Part shown: positions 26,441 to 37,148 of the stretch, one piece after another
Numbering within the stretch: the first letter of the stretch is position 1
Layout of the letters: each line of letters begins with the position of its first letter
Made by a program: the position numbers and the translations under genes
The notes under the pieces: model-generated
What the model was told of the DNA's origin: nothing
Seen by the model: the letters and a program-made list of their open reading frames with translations, nothing else
The model's database searches: none
Assembly: GCF_006345805.1 (NCBI RefSeq)
Contig: NC_043009.1
Coordinates: forward strand, 51,708,001-51,772,000
Length of the DNA stretch: 64,000 bases
Direction: 5' to 3'
DNA from: Octopus sinensis
Taxonomy: Eukaryota

Positions 26441-26570
26441 CTGGCACTTAACGATGGATGAAATGGCGCTTAACATTTCTGTCAGCATGCCGCCATATTG
26501 AAACATATAATAATGAAAACAATCTGTAGATTTATGCATCGGTATTCGTTAAAACATTGGTAGAGTTTGC

Positions 26571-26930
26571 CCACATATTCTGAATTTAAAAATAGGAGAC
26601 TGTGTTGTAATGTTACTGCGAAATTTAAATAAAGCTAATGGACATTGTAATGGAACGAGAATTCAAATAACCAATTTACATGAACGCATAATTGAAGGTG
26701 ACATTGTTACTCAAGTTGAACCATAGAAAAAAAGTAACAGTTCACTGCGAAGGGAATTAAACTGAGATTTGACACCACACCGAAATTCATCCGTCTCCAA
26801 TTACAGTTTCAAGTTCAAGTTGCGTTGGCATTCACAACCAATAAATCTCAATGCCAATGATTGAGAAAGAAAGGTTTGTTCTTCGAAACATTTCTGTTTG
26901 TGCTTAGACAATTGCATGTTCTTTGTCAAG
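26571..26930 (+). mobile_element. Helitron PIF1-like helicase relic (C-terminal motifs)
   Basis: PHILNLKIGDCVVMLLRNLNKANGHCNGTRIQI..IIEGDI, then RLQ..FQVQVALAFTTNKSQCQ*L..GL..RQLHV, matching PH-LxLKxG..MLLRNL..CNGTR and FPxxxAFAxTINKSQGQ. Confidence 0.9.
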
Positions 26931-27037
26931 AACAAATGTGAACTACACTGTCGCAGAATGTAAGGGACATGAAGTTTTGCAAGTGTAAACATGACTGAAA
27001 CGTTTCTTCTAAATTGTGTGTGTATTTGTGTGTAAAT

Positions 27038-27073
<36 letters not shown>

Positions 27074-27357
27074 TTTCAACAATTGAGGGTAAAATTAATT
27101 AATTAATCAATTTCACCAAGTGTTCAGTATGCAAAGGGACCATTTAAGGCGAATTCAAATTATTACATTATATAAAAGGGCTTAGTAAAATAAATTACTT
27201 TGCCGCATACTGAACTCATTAGAAATAGCAGCTAAAAAAACATTTATAAAACTATTTCTAATACTTAAAGAAAACCTCTCTCATATAGTGTTTGCTCAAT
27301 TCAACTCACGGAAGTATGGGGGGTAGAGACATTAAAAAATCATATGCAAAGGTTATT

Positions 27358-27410
27358 TGAGAACGTACGTTTCAAGATTAGTCAAAATCGACATTTCTAT
27401 CATCAGCTCA
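27358..27410 (-). ncRNA. Minimal hammerhead ribozyme, mirror copy
   Basis: Reverse complement of 27498-27550. Confidence 0.7.
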
Positions 27411-27497
27411 GAACTCCCTGGTTTGGATTTGAAAACACTGAAAGTAGGAACATACCCCTTCGGCCTCCTATCGCTTCAAATCCAAACCAGGGAGTTC

Positions 27498-27550
27498 TGA
27501 GCTGATGATAGAAATGTCGATTTTGACTAATCTTGAAACGTACGTTCTCA
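27498..27550 (+). ncRNA. Minimal type I hammerhead ribozyme (GUU site, palindromic helix III)
   Basis: UGAG CUGAUGA U-AGA..GUC-GAUUUU-GAC..UCU-U GAA AC-GUAC-GU U CUCA. Confidence 0.7.
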
Positions 27551-27733
27551 AATAACCTTTGCATATGATTTTTTAATGTCTCTACCCCCCATACTTCCGT
27601 GAGTTGAATTGAGCAAACACTATATGAGAGAGGTTTTCTTTAAGTATTAGAAATAGTTTTATAAATGTTTTTTTAGCTGCTATTTCTAATGAGTTCAGTA
27701 TGCGGCAAAGTAATTTATTTTACTAAGCCCTTT

Positions 27734-27772
<39 letters not shown>

Positions 27773-27780
27773 CATATATA

Positions 27781-27816
<36 letters not shown>

Positions 27817-27842
27817 TGTATGTATGTATGTATGTATGTATG

Positions 27843-27917
<75 letters not shown>

Positions 27918-27920
<3 letters not shown>

Positions 27921-28059
27921 GCACGAAGCTTTGTCAGTGAACAGGTCGCGGTCTCAAAGAGACGAAATATTTTGACAAATTAAATTTTAATGTTGGAGTG
28001 AATCTAACGGTTTTGTGTATTTCTTAAATGGCTTATAAACACCTTCCACGCTGCAATTG
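27918..28059 (+). mobile_element. PLE pLTR remnant in (TA)n
   Basis: Diverged reverse complement of 28509-28650; TA tracts on both sides. Confidence 0.65.
27930..27979 (+). ncRNA. Hammerhead-like fold with variant core GUGAACAG
   Basis: UUUGUCA GUGAACAG GUCGC..GAGAC GAAAUAUUU UGACAAA; 7-bp helix I. Confidence 0.45.
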
Positions 28060-28110
<51 letters not shown>

Positions 28111-28149
28111 CATATAGGACTCTCTTGTCGTTAGACGACGTGTGAGGGT

Positions 28150-28401
28150 TCGTCGAAAATTTCTTATCGTACAACCACACAGATGATTTATTTATAGTGA
28201 TCAAATGTTTGTGTAGACATAAGATCATTCTCTCCATCAAATCGACACTACCTGTACAGCTGTAACTGGGTGCCACATGTCAGATATCGAAATGGTCGAA
28301 GAGCAAGTGAAATGAAGTGCTTTGTTCAAGAACACAACGCACCGCCCGGTCTGTGAATCAAACCCACGATCTCGCAGTCGTGAGTGTAACACCTTAACCA
28401 C

Positions 28402-28403
<2 letters not shown>
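28150..28403 (-). mobile_element. tRNA-derived SINE
   Basis: Minus-strand head tagtggttaaggtgttacactcacgactgcgagatcgtgggtttgattc, followed by gtgttcttgaacaaagcacttc. Confidence 0.8.
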
Positions 28404-28448
<45 letters not shown>

Positions 28449-28450
<2 letters not shown>

Positions 28451-28677
28451 CGGAGATGTTCTTGCATAGCAAGTGACCTGATCTGAGATTGTGTGCTGGA
28501 ACGAAAGCAATTGCAGCGTGGAAGGTGATTATACGCCATTTAAGAAAGATACAAAACCCGTTAGATTCACTTCAACATTTAAATTTAATTTGTCAAAATA
28601 TTTTCGTCGCTTTGAGACGCGGTCTGTTCACTGACAAAATTCCGTGCTGCATCTGAGACAGTAACAGTTAGTTCATG
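28449..28677 (-). mobile_element. PLE pLTR remnant, second copy of the 27918 family
   Basis: Inverted homology to 27918-28059; flanked by TA. Confidence 0.65.
28589..28638 (-). ncRNA. Hammerhead-like fold with variant core GUGAACAG
   Basis: Minus strand UUUGUCA GUGAACAG ACCGC..GCGAC GAA AAUAUU U UGACAAA. Confidence 0.45.
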
Positions 28678-28870
28678 ATATATATGTACATTTGTATGTA
28701 TCTATGTATGTATGTACGTTTGTATGTATGTATGTTTGTATGTATGTATGTATGTATGTATGTATGTATGCATGCAACCATGCATGTATGTATGTATGTA
28801 TGTATGTATGTATGTATGTATGTATGTATGTGCGTATGTATGTATGTGTGTACATGTATGTGCGCATGCA

Positions 28871-29075
28871 AAGGCGGTGAGCTGGCTGAATGGTTAGCAC
28901 GTTGGTCGAAATGCTTAGCAGTACTTCGTCCGTCGCTAAATTCTTAGTTCAAATTACTCGGGGTCGACATTGTCTTTCATCCTTTTGGAGGGAATAAATT
29001 AAGTACCAGTTACGCACTGGAGACTATGTAATCGGCTTAATCTCTCCCCCTAAATGTGAGGACTTGTGCCTATTA
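28871..29075 (+). mobile_element. tRNA-derived SINE (family A)
   Basis: aaggcggtgagctggc..gaaatgcttagc..ttagttcaaatt..ggtcgac..aagtaccagtt..cttgtgcct. Confidence 0.85.
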
Positions 29076-29231
29076 TAGAAATGATTATTATTAATATTGC
29101 TAGTAGTAAAAATGTTGAAGATTATGACGATAATAACCACGGCAATGGTGATGTATAATATTAATACTAATGGCGATTATAATATCAAAGTTAATGTTCA
29201 CATTTTCTTGTGCACATATAGACACACACAC

Positions 29232-29296
<65 letters not shown>

Positions 29297-29310
29297 CATA
29301 TGTATATATA

Positions 29311-29344
<34 letters not shown>

Positions 29345-29943
29345 GCTCTCTCAGTGTGTATGTGTTTTTCATACGTATATAAATATATATGTGTCGCGCT
29401 CGCGCGCGTGTCTGTGTGTAAACATTTGTGAAAATATTAACAATAGCAATCTGTTATAAGTTATTAACAAGAGTGTTAAAAAATAAAAATAATAAAAATA
29501 AAATTCTATGCAATAGAGATCGCAGGAGTTAATTTAAATGGTATTTCTGATGGCCTTTCCTAATGAATTTTATGTAATATCACCCAATAAATATTTATAA
29601 ACATCTACGTGTTATTTCGATAAGTACTCTATAATGACGCAACATGATCAGAATATTTTACGACATACATAAGTTTTGCCGGATTGAAAATTTCAAAATA
29701 TCAGGATTTTTCATAATCATTGCAGCCAAGAGTTTTTTTTGTACTTATATTTTCAATGTTTTTATTGTAGAGGTGGAGGAGCATCGCTTACTGGACCGGT
29801 GTTTTGAACTGCTGGCCCTAAAATTCTGGTTTCGATTTCTGAACTGCGTTGTGTTCTTGAACGAAACATCATTTCACGTTGCTCTGGTTCGCTTCGCTGG
29901 CAAATATGACAAAACTTGCAACGGATAAGCATTCCTTCACGTG

Positions 29944-29976
<33 letters not shown>

Positions 29977-30039
29977 TATATATATAGGCACAGGAGTGGC
30001 TGTGTAGCAAGAAGCTTGCTTCCCACTACGCATGCATTG

Positions 30040-31006
30040 TTGTCAGCGTTGTGCATATAACTGAGAGAAGTAACCAAGCTGTGTTCAGCTGGTGAAAAAA
30101 AGCTCAACTGTAAGGTAAGACTTTTGTTTTTCGGGTCCAGCTGGGGTTTGTTATTTGCGATAATTATTTTTGTACAAGCAAGGAGTTTTCACTAGACTAT
30201 AAACTCTGGTCTGCCTGCAGTTGAGCAAAATGGTTCACGTTAAGTGAATATTATTTTCTCACTTAATTGTGAGAATTGTTGCTTGGGGGCATATCGCGCC
30301 TCTTATAAACTTGTTCACTTTTTGGAAGTTTCAAAATAATTGTGACAATTGCTGTTTTGGGTCAGTGTCTTGCCTCTGAAGATTGAACAACTAGTATACT
30401 AATTTTTGTGGTATGCCAAGTTATGTTTCAGTTGTGGCGTTCCGGATTCGACCTTGGTCGGGAGTACCTAGTGGCCGGAAGATTTTTTGCTGTGTTTTTG
30501 AAGTATAGGCTTTCCTTCTTCTAAACTTTTTTGACTTTCTTTTTTCGTGAATTGTTTTCTTTTCTTCCTTCCATTTAATCGTGACTTTCTTCTGTTTTAT
30601 TTCTTTTTAAGATTTATTTTGAACTATTTTCGAACAGTTATTACATAAAAAAAACATGGCAATGAAAAAGACAATGTTTTGGAGTGGGAAATTATACCAC
30701 CGAAACAGTGGTTGAAAGACCTTCTAGAGAGGACGGTGGTATTAAGGACTTACTCCAAGTCGCTCGATACCATCGCCCTATTTGAAAGGACTGTAATTGA
30801 GAAGGAGTTGGCAGAGTATTTGCCAACAATTAAATTCATTTCCAGGGGTGTCAAATATGCAAAGGTGTGGTTGCTATTTGACACACCTGAAGAGGCTTGC
30901 AAATTTGCGAGCCAGCCCTTAGAGGGCGAAGAAATTTTGTTTCTTCCCACGTATTAAGGGAAGAGGTTAACAAAAGTTTGGATCTTCAGGTTGCAGACGT
31001 GGGTAA
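30040..31006 (+). mobile_element. Probable 5' end (5' UTR plus ORF1 N-terminus) of an L1/Tx1-like LINE, 3' truncated and pseudogenised
   Basis: ATG at 30656, a 1-nt frameshift, then NEKDNVLEWEIIPP..LLERTVVLRTYSK..FLPTY*GKRLTKVWI. Resembles LINE ORF1-like proteins with a PTYxGxR motif as I recall them; not verified. Confidence 0.45.
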
Positions 31007-31189
31007 TAATAGATTATTAAATACTTAATGTTTAAATATTGTTTGATAAATTCGTTCGAAATTTTTACCGGCATCCTCTCTGTCGCCGGGTATGATTTGT
31101 GTCTACGCAGAGGTTTGAAAAGTTAGGATTTACAAACCGTTAGATTTACATGTGGATCTAGCAGTCTGGACGTCAGGATTATGAAGGCT

Positions 31190-31261
31190 GTCCCACTGAA
31201 GAAACGTGCCTTCGGCGAATATTTTTTTGCTGGAAATAGTTAGAAACCGTCGGTCTGGGAT
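31190..31261 (+). ncRNA. Type I hammerhead ribozyme (GUC site; helix II eroded) in a PLE pLTR remnant
   Basis: UCCCA CUGAAGA AAC..GUUA GAA ACC-GUC-GGU C UGGGA; predicted cleavage after 31255. Confidence 0.7.
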
Positions 31262-32456
31262 ATAGTTGAGATGGTAAATGTTTTTAATTTTCATTCCTTT
31301 CGTGAATTTATCCCTTTTTTGTGTTCTAGCACAACGCTTTCCTATTTGGAAGCCTCTTATTGTATTTCTGTATGAATAATATATAGTCTAATGACTAATT
31401 CGTTTTTTGTGCTAGGGCACTGGTAATAATAATTTATTATTACCCTATTTTATTATGTTTATATATATAACCGCATCAAGTTTTCAATACAGCACGAGGT
31501 GAAAGGAGAATAGACAAATAAGACGAGTAAAAATTGGATAATTTCAGACCATGGATTTCTGGCTCTGTATAAAACCATACTTCACGTTGCTCCTGCATGG
31601 CCACAGTCAAATGACTGAAACAAGTAAAAAAGTATATATATAATTTCAAGAGAATAATGATAAGATCGTTATATTAAATATCGCCTGTTCTTAAAATTAG
31701 TTAGAGTTCATTAATCTTAAAGTAGTACGCGTGTTTTGAGTATTATCGCGCGCGTGTCTGTATGAGTTTGTATGCGAGTGTGTACTGCAGCAAATAACTG
31801 CAAGAAAGCGTACTCAACCCCGGATGGCTTGATAAATAATGTCTCCAAACAGAATTAAATTATTTCTCCTCTTTTACGACAGATTTCTTGAAGTAGGAAC
31901 GGCACTCATCAAGTCAATGGCATTAGTATAATTTATAATCCAAACAACTGGTTGAAGCAGGGTTTCCTTTCAAGATACCTACGGTAATGGAGTAATGGCA
32001 CACAGAGTGTGTACGCACTTGTGCTTCTGTGTATCAACACATAAATTTAATCGTCTCCAATAACATAAAAAACAATTATATATCATCGGGCATGCTGAAA
32101 ATATGTACAAATATATATATTCTACTAAATTAAACGTCAAGTTACAAGTATGAGAAAATACTTTTTCTTCATTTCCGAACGTACTTGTATTGAAATGTTT
32201 TCTTGCGCTACAGTTTGTGGGATTTAAAAAGTATATATTTTATCAATACTATTAAGAATATTGTAAACAACTCCCGACTTCCATATGAAAGCCATCTATC
32301 TATGTACACACATATAGGTACAAATATGTACATATGTATATGTTTTATATCTATATGTGCGTGTGTGTGTGTTTCTGTGCGTATGAATATATGCATATAT
32401 GTACACATACATACTCTTATATACTCACAAACCTATATATATATATTATATATATA

Positions 32457-32527
<71 letters not shown>

Positions 32528-33517
32528 ATATATATATACGTATATATATATATTATATATATATTTATATATTCATATTCTATGTATATAAGTATGTATA
32601 TGTATTTATGTATGTAGCCTTATATGTGTACATACATATGTGTGTATCTGTGTTTGTGAGTCTGTATGTCTGTGTATGTTCGTGTGTGTTTGAACGAATA
32701 TGTATGTATTAACGTATGTATGTATCTAAGAAAGTATATACGTATATACTGATTCTAATAGTAGTACAGTCTATGTGTATCATATGTGATTGCATGTGAT
32801 TATGATTTTAAACTTTCTCATTTTTATCGTGTTCTATTACACATTTTTTTTTCAGCTCCATCCTTTCCAAAAATGCTATATTTCTAGGTCTTTGTAACTG
32901 CGTAGTTTTTGCATTTTATTTTAAGATTCATCGTTTATTTGTTGAGTTTGCTACGAAATTTTTTTCCAAGTGTTGATGTTTGCTGATAAAATCCGGGGAA
33001 TTTTACCTTCGAATTCATGTGAACATAAAAACTGATACAAGAAGATATTGTTTCCCAACGTTAAGTACCACCTCACATTATTCTTTTACTTTATTCCATT
33101 ATATATTCGTGTGTTCACAACCAAGTTGAAAATACTTTCATAGATATTCTCATTCGTAAGAAGTATACGTTCGCGAAAATGTTGAATTTCTTTACTCATA
33201 TTTTTGCTTGTGTGTTTGCGTGAATAAGTACCATGAGTGAACGTTTCATATACATATGTGGTACTTATGAGCACCTGTACTTATATCGCTAGCGGAAGAT
33301 AATCGTCATCTTTCATCGCAGGAGCACCAGATTGCCAGATTTCGTCCTACCTTGCCCTTGTTTATGTCAGACAACCGAGACTCGGGATAGCAGCGATTCC
33401 TTCGTGAGAGATATATATAAAATCTTAATATCTATTCAAGCTCTGTTGTAACGAATAACGAATGTCGTTATTAAAATGTAATTAAAAGCGACAAAAATAG
33501 TATTAATACGAAATGAT

Positions 33518-33979
33518 ATGATTTATATCTACTTAAATGTGGACAACCCTAACAGTATCAAATTTATGTCTAATAATTCTAAGATTACGAATTCTAAATA
33601 CCAATGTAAAATTTCTTGCGGTACCGATGTCTATTTCTATATTGGTGCTTCCTCTTCCCAGTTATCTAAGAGAATTTCCCATCATTATTCTTCGTTTATG
33701 GATAGCCGTAAACGTTATAGCACAGGACTAAGTAAATTGGTTTGGTATCTTAAAGACAACAATAAGGATTTTAAGTTAGATTGGTTCATCCTGTCCATCT
33801 CTTTCCCTTATGACAAGGGCAAAGGATTTTGTAACATTTGCAACTCTGAACTCTTCCATATTCTTTTCTCTAAGAATCACCTTGTTAACACACTCATAGA
33901 GCGATCTTACAAATGTAAGCACTGGCAGAAACATACCTTTAGCTCATATAAGTGTTTTATACCAGCCTGTTTAGTATGA
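33518..33979 (+). CDS. GIY-YIG endonuclease of a Penelope-like element (Naiad-like), uninterrupted 153 aa
   Basis: YQC..FYIG..KRISHH..LSKLVWYLKD..WFIL..PYD..CNICNSE..LVN..KCKH: YIG, catalytic R, E and N, and the CxxC..CxH tail are all present. Confidence 0.85.
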   Translation: MIYIYLNVDNPNSIKFMSNNSKITNSKYQCKISCGTDVYFYIGASSSQLSKRISHHYSSFMDSRKRYSTGLSKLVWYLKDNNKDFKLDWFILSISFPYDKGKGFCNICNSELFHILFSKNHLVNTLIERSYKCKHWQKHTFSSYKCFIPACLV

Positions 33980-34497
33980 ACATTTAGTTCACCTTGCACT
34001 TTACTTTAATAGAGAAATCTACTTCCAAGCCTTTGAACATGTTTTCATCCAATATATCCCTCTTTATTTGTTCTCTACGTATTTCTTTACCCCTTCTCTT
34101 CCTATGGTCTGCCTTTCACGTCAGATCTACTAACAGTTTTTTTAAACTACTTCAGTTTGTCATTTATGCACTCATCAAAATTGTTATAATGTCTTGTTGT
34201 TGAGATAGGTTCTCTTTGTTTCCTGATGAGAAGATTACATTATTTTACACCGTTTATTCCTTTGCAATAAAACCAATGTTGTCTTCGAAACATATGTCGA
34301 AAGTAAAAGTATTTGAATAATACCTGCTTTCAACTACGTTTATTTACTTATACTATACAAATTACTGCACATTAACCCGAGTTTCTACCTTTGAATAGGT
34401 CGCTACATCTTTGTTACTTGTGTGAATTTTGCTACCCTGGTAACTGTTCATTGAATTTTCCGTGTTAACTGTAAACAAAAGATAATTCATTCATCCA

Positions 34498-34500
<3 letters not shown>
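33980..34500 (+). mobile_element. 3' UTR and pLTR of the same PLE, ending at (TA)n
   Basis: Follows the GIY-YIG stop, contains an HHR and terminates at the 34501 TA tract. Confidence 0.7.
34219..34302 (+). ncRNA. Intact minimal type I hammerhead ribozyme (predicted cleavage after C34298)
   Basis: UUUC CUGAUGA GAAGA..UCUUC GAA AC-AUAU-GU C GAAA: complete core, G10.1-C11.1, palindromic ACAUAUGU helix III. Confidence 0.88.
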
Positions 34501-34545
<45 letters not shown>

Positions 34546-34547
<2 letters not shown>

Positions 34548-34647
34548 TCCCGGGTTGAGTCGGGGTTAACCACAGTAAATAAGGTACTCAATACATGATG
34601 ATTTCTTTTGAATGAAACAGTTCTAGTCCTGTAGAAGCTCCTTCTAT

Positions 34648-34651
<4 letters not shown>
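34546..34651 (-). mobile_element. Short PLE pLTR remnant with inverted segment, in (TA)n
   Basis: 34546-34596 matches about 17616-17664; 34597-34651 is the reverse complement of about 17684-17738. Confidence 0.75.
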
Positions 34652-34686
<35 letters not shown>

Positions 34687-35487
34687 GCACATATATGGTG
34701 TCTGAAACACGATTTCCAGCTATCGCTTGATTGTTGTCCAAACACATCTGAAGGGTTCGACAAAATCTCTACATATGTGGCAAGATTGGACTCCTTTTGC
34801 AACAATTTTTCTGAGTCCTTACCAAATATGATAACATATCTTCATACCACCGTTTTATTTTTGTGGTTTGTAAAAAAAGGCAAAGTATGAGAACTTTGAA
34901 GCTGGTAGCTACCACAAGGTATTATGCGACAGCTTTGATAGAAAGGAAGCATTACCTATACATGATGCGTATTTGAAAGTGAGGAAATGCTGTGGTCAGG
35001 GCTGTTCCTCATATGTAACCAAAGTATGCTTTTACCATCTTAGAAGAACTAATCTATAATATTTGAAGGAAACAAATTTTCAGGTGTTGCATCAGTTTTT
35101 CTTCTCATGTTTAGAAGTCTAAACAAAGATGAGAGCGTGTGTTTCACTCCAACCTATGAGGCGTCTGTTGAGTCTAGTGGTTTCATCCACCTTTTGCAGG
35201 TTTAGACGCCGACAGTCCAACCATGTGGCAGAGTGTAGTGGGTTAAATGTTAGCAAGATCACTAAGAGTGGTTTGAAACATATACATACATGCATATATA
35301 CGGGCATACATTCATACATGCATACACACACGCACACAGACGCACAGACACACACACATGTATATTTATGTATATTTTCATCTTTTATTGTTAGATTGTC
35401 TCAGTTATTAGATTGTGGCTATGCTCTCTCTCTCTCTGTATCATATATACATACATACATCATATATATATATATATATATCTCTAT

Positions 35488-35543
<56 letters not shown>

Positions 35544-35547
35544 CACA

Positions 35548-35548
35548 G

Positions 35549-35641
<93 letters not shown>

Positions 35642-35660
35642 GTATAGTTAGATAGATAGA
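35548..35660. repeat. (GATA)n microsatellite
   Basis: Direct reading. Confidence 0.95.
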
Positions 35661-36252
35661 TACACAGATATAAGTATGTACGTATGTATAAGTACGAATG
35701 TATGTATATAAAATGGTATGTTTGTGTATTTGAAACGTTCCATTATAAGACAGACTTGATGAGTATGTACGTATTTATGTGTATGCATACTACTCTTATA
35801 GCTTTTACGATAGACTTTAGTAAGACGATGCTCAGGCGAACAATCTTCCCAACATCATTTTGCAAATCAGCACTAACTCAATGGGCCATTTTGTTGTTTA
35901 TTATTTGTCTTCTCTTTGTTCCTCCATTAATTCCTAAGCGTCCGTCAATTTCACAAGATTCACCGTATTTCTTCCCCGTGACCTCATCTCTTCCATCCAA
36001 CTTAATTCCTAGTTCTTATCTAAACTATGGACATTACTCTCGCTTCCCGAAGCGACAAATGAAAAGGAAAAATTCCAATTTCGTTTAAAACTAAATTACT
36101 GCTCATTTCTTCCAGCTAAAATTGCTAAAGGTGTGATAAAGTTTTCATCACTTCCGCAGACAGTAATGTAAATTTAAACTAAATTGTTGCGAAATGTTTG
36201 TTCGTATACAAACTTACTTTCATACATCCATACACATACGCAAGCAAGTGTA

Positions 36253-36305
<53 letters not shown>

Positions 36306-36314
36306 TATAGTAAT

Positions 36315-36346
<32 letters not shown>

Positions 36347-36619
36347 CATAAACAAATATACATAACAACGTATGTATGTATGCATCTAAGAAGGCTATCT
36401 CTGGAATCGTAGGTCGATGACACGACAAAGTGAACACACATGACTTAAAACCTTGCATTGTAGACTAATTGTACGTAGGAAGAGTATCTGTGATTCACTT
36501 CACACACACGCACACACTCAAACACAAAGATGCATATGCTTACTCAAACACATATATGCATACGTATATCTATCTATCTTTGTATTTTGTCCCTTCTTTT
36601 TTCAGCCCTGCGTGACCAG

Positions 36620-36724
<105 letters not shown>

Positions 36725-36749
36725 GTCACTCCCCTTATTCATTATATAT

Positions 36750-36782
<33 letters not shown>

Positions 36783-36886
36783 TTATATATGCATTTCGCT
36801 TAATGCATACACCACGCATATCACTGCTTGGCCGTAAAAGAGAGTATGTCGTTCCGTCCGTCAGAAGATAGGCCAATTGCAAGCTT

Positions 36887-37148
36887 ACCGTACCACCAAT
36901 GATAGGGTGATGACGTTATCTGCTGGATGTTGGATTACCATCACGGTGGAAAAGTTTAGGTCAACTTGTGGTTAAGTGGTAGATCAGTACCGTCAGGCAA
37001 TGGTAGGGGTCAACTAGCAAGTGATCAGCTAGTGCGGGGCATTCTCGTCGTCGGCCATGCTCGTTGCACTTTTGTACCCCCTCTTGATACCTGGCATGGT
37101 AGCACAGAGAAGCAGTCGATGTGGAGACGACGCCAGCTGCCTCACACA
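36887..37148 (-). mobile_element. Possible LTR (TG..CA, ~250 bp) with degenerate primer-binding site
   Basis: GC-richer island. The minus strand starts TGTGTGAG (37148), ends CA (36900) and is followed by TGGTGGTACGGT, resembling a tRNA-Leu-type PBS. Confidence 0.3.

Larger units (their letters stand above)
27072..27741 (-). mobile_element. Young PLE pLTR insertion forming a perfect 267-bp inverted repeat in (TA)n
   Basis: 27167-27433 is the exact reverse complement of 27475-27741 by eye, with a 41-nt spacer. The left arm continues to 27072. (TA)n flanks both ends. Confidence 0.85.
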
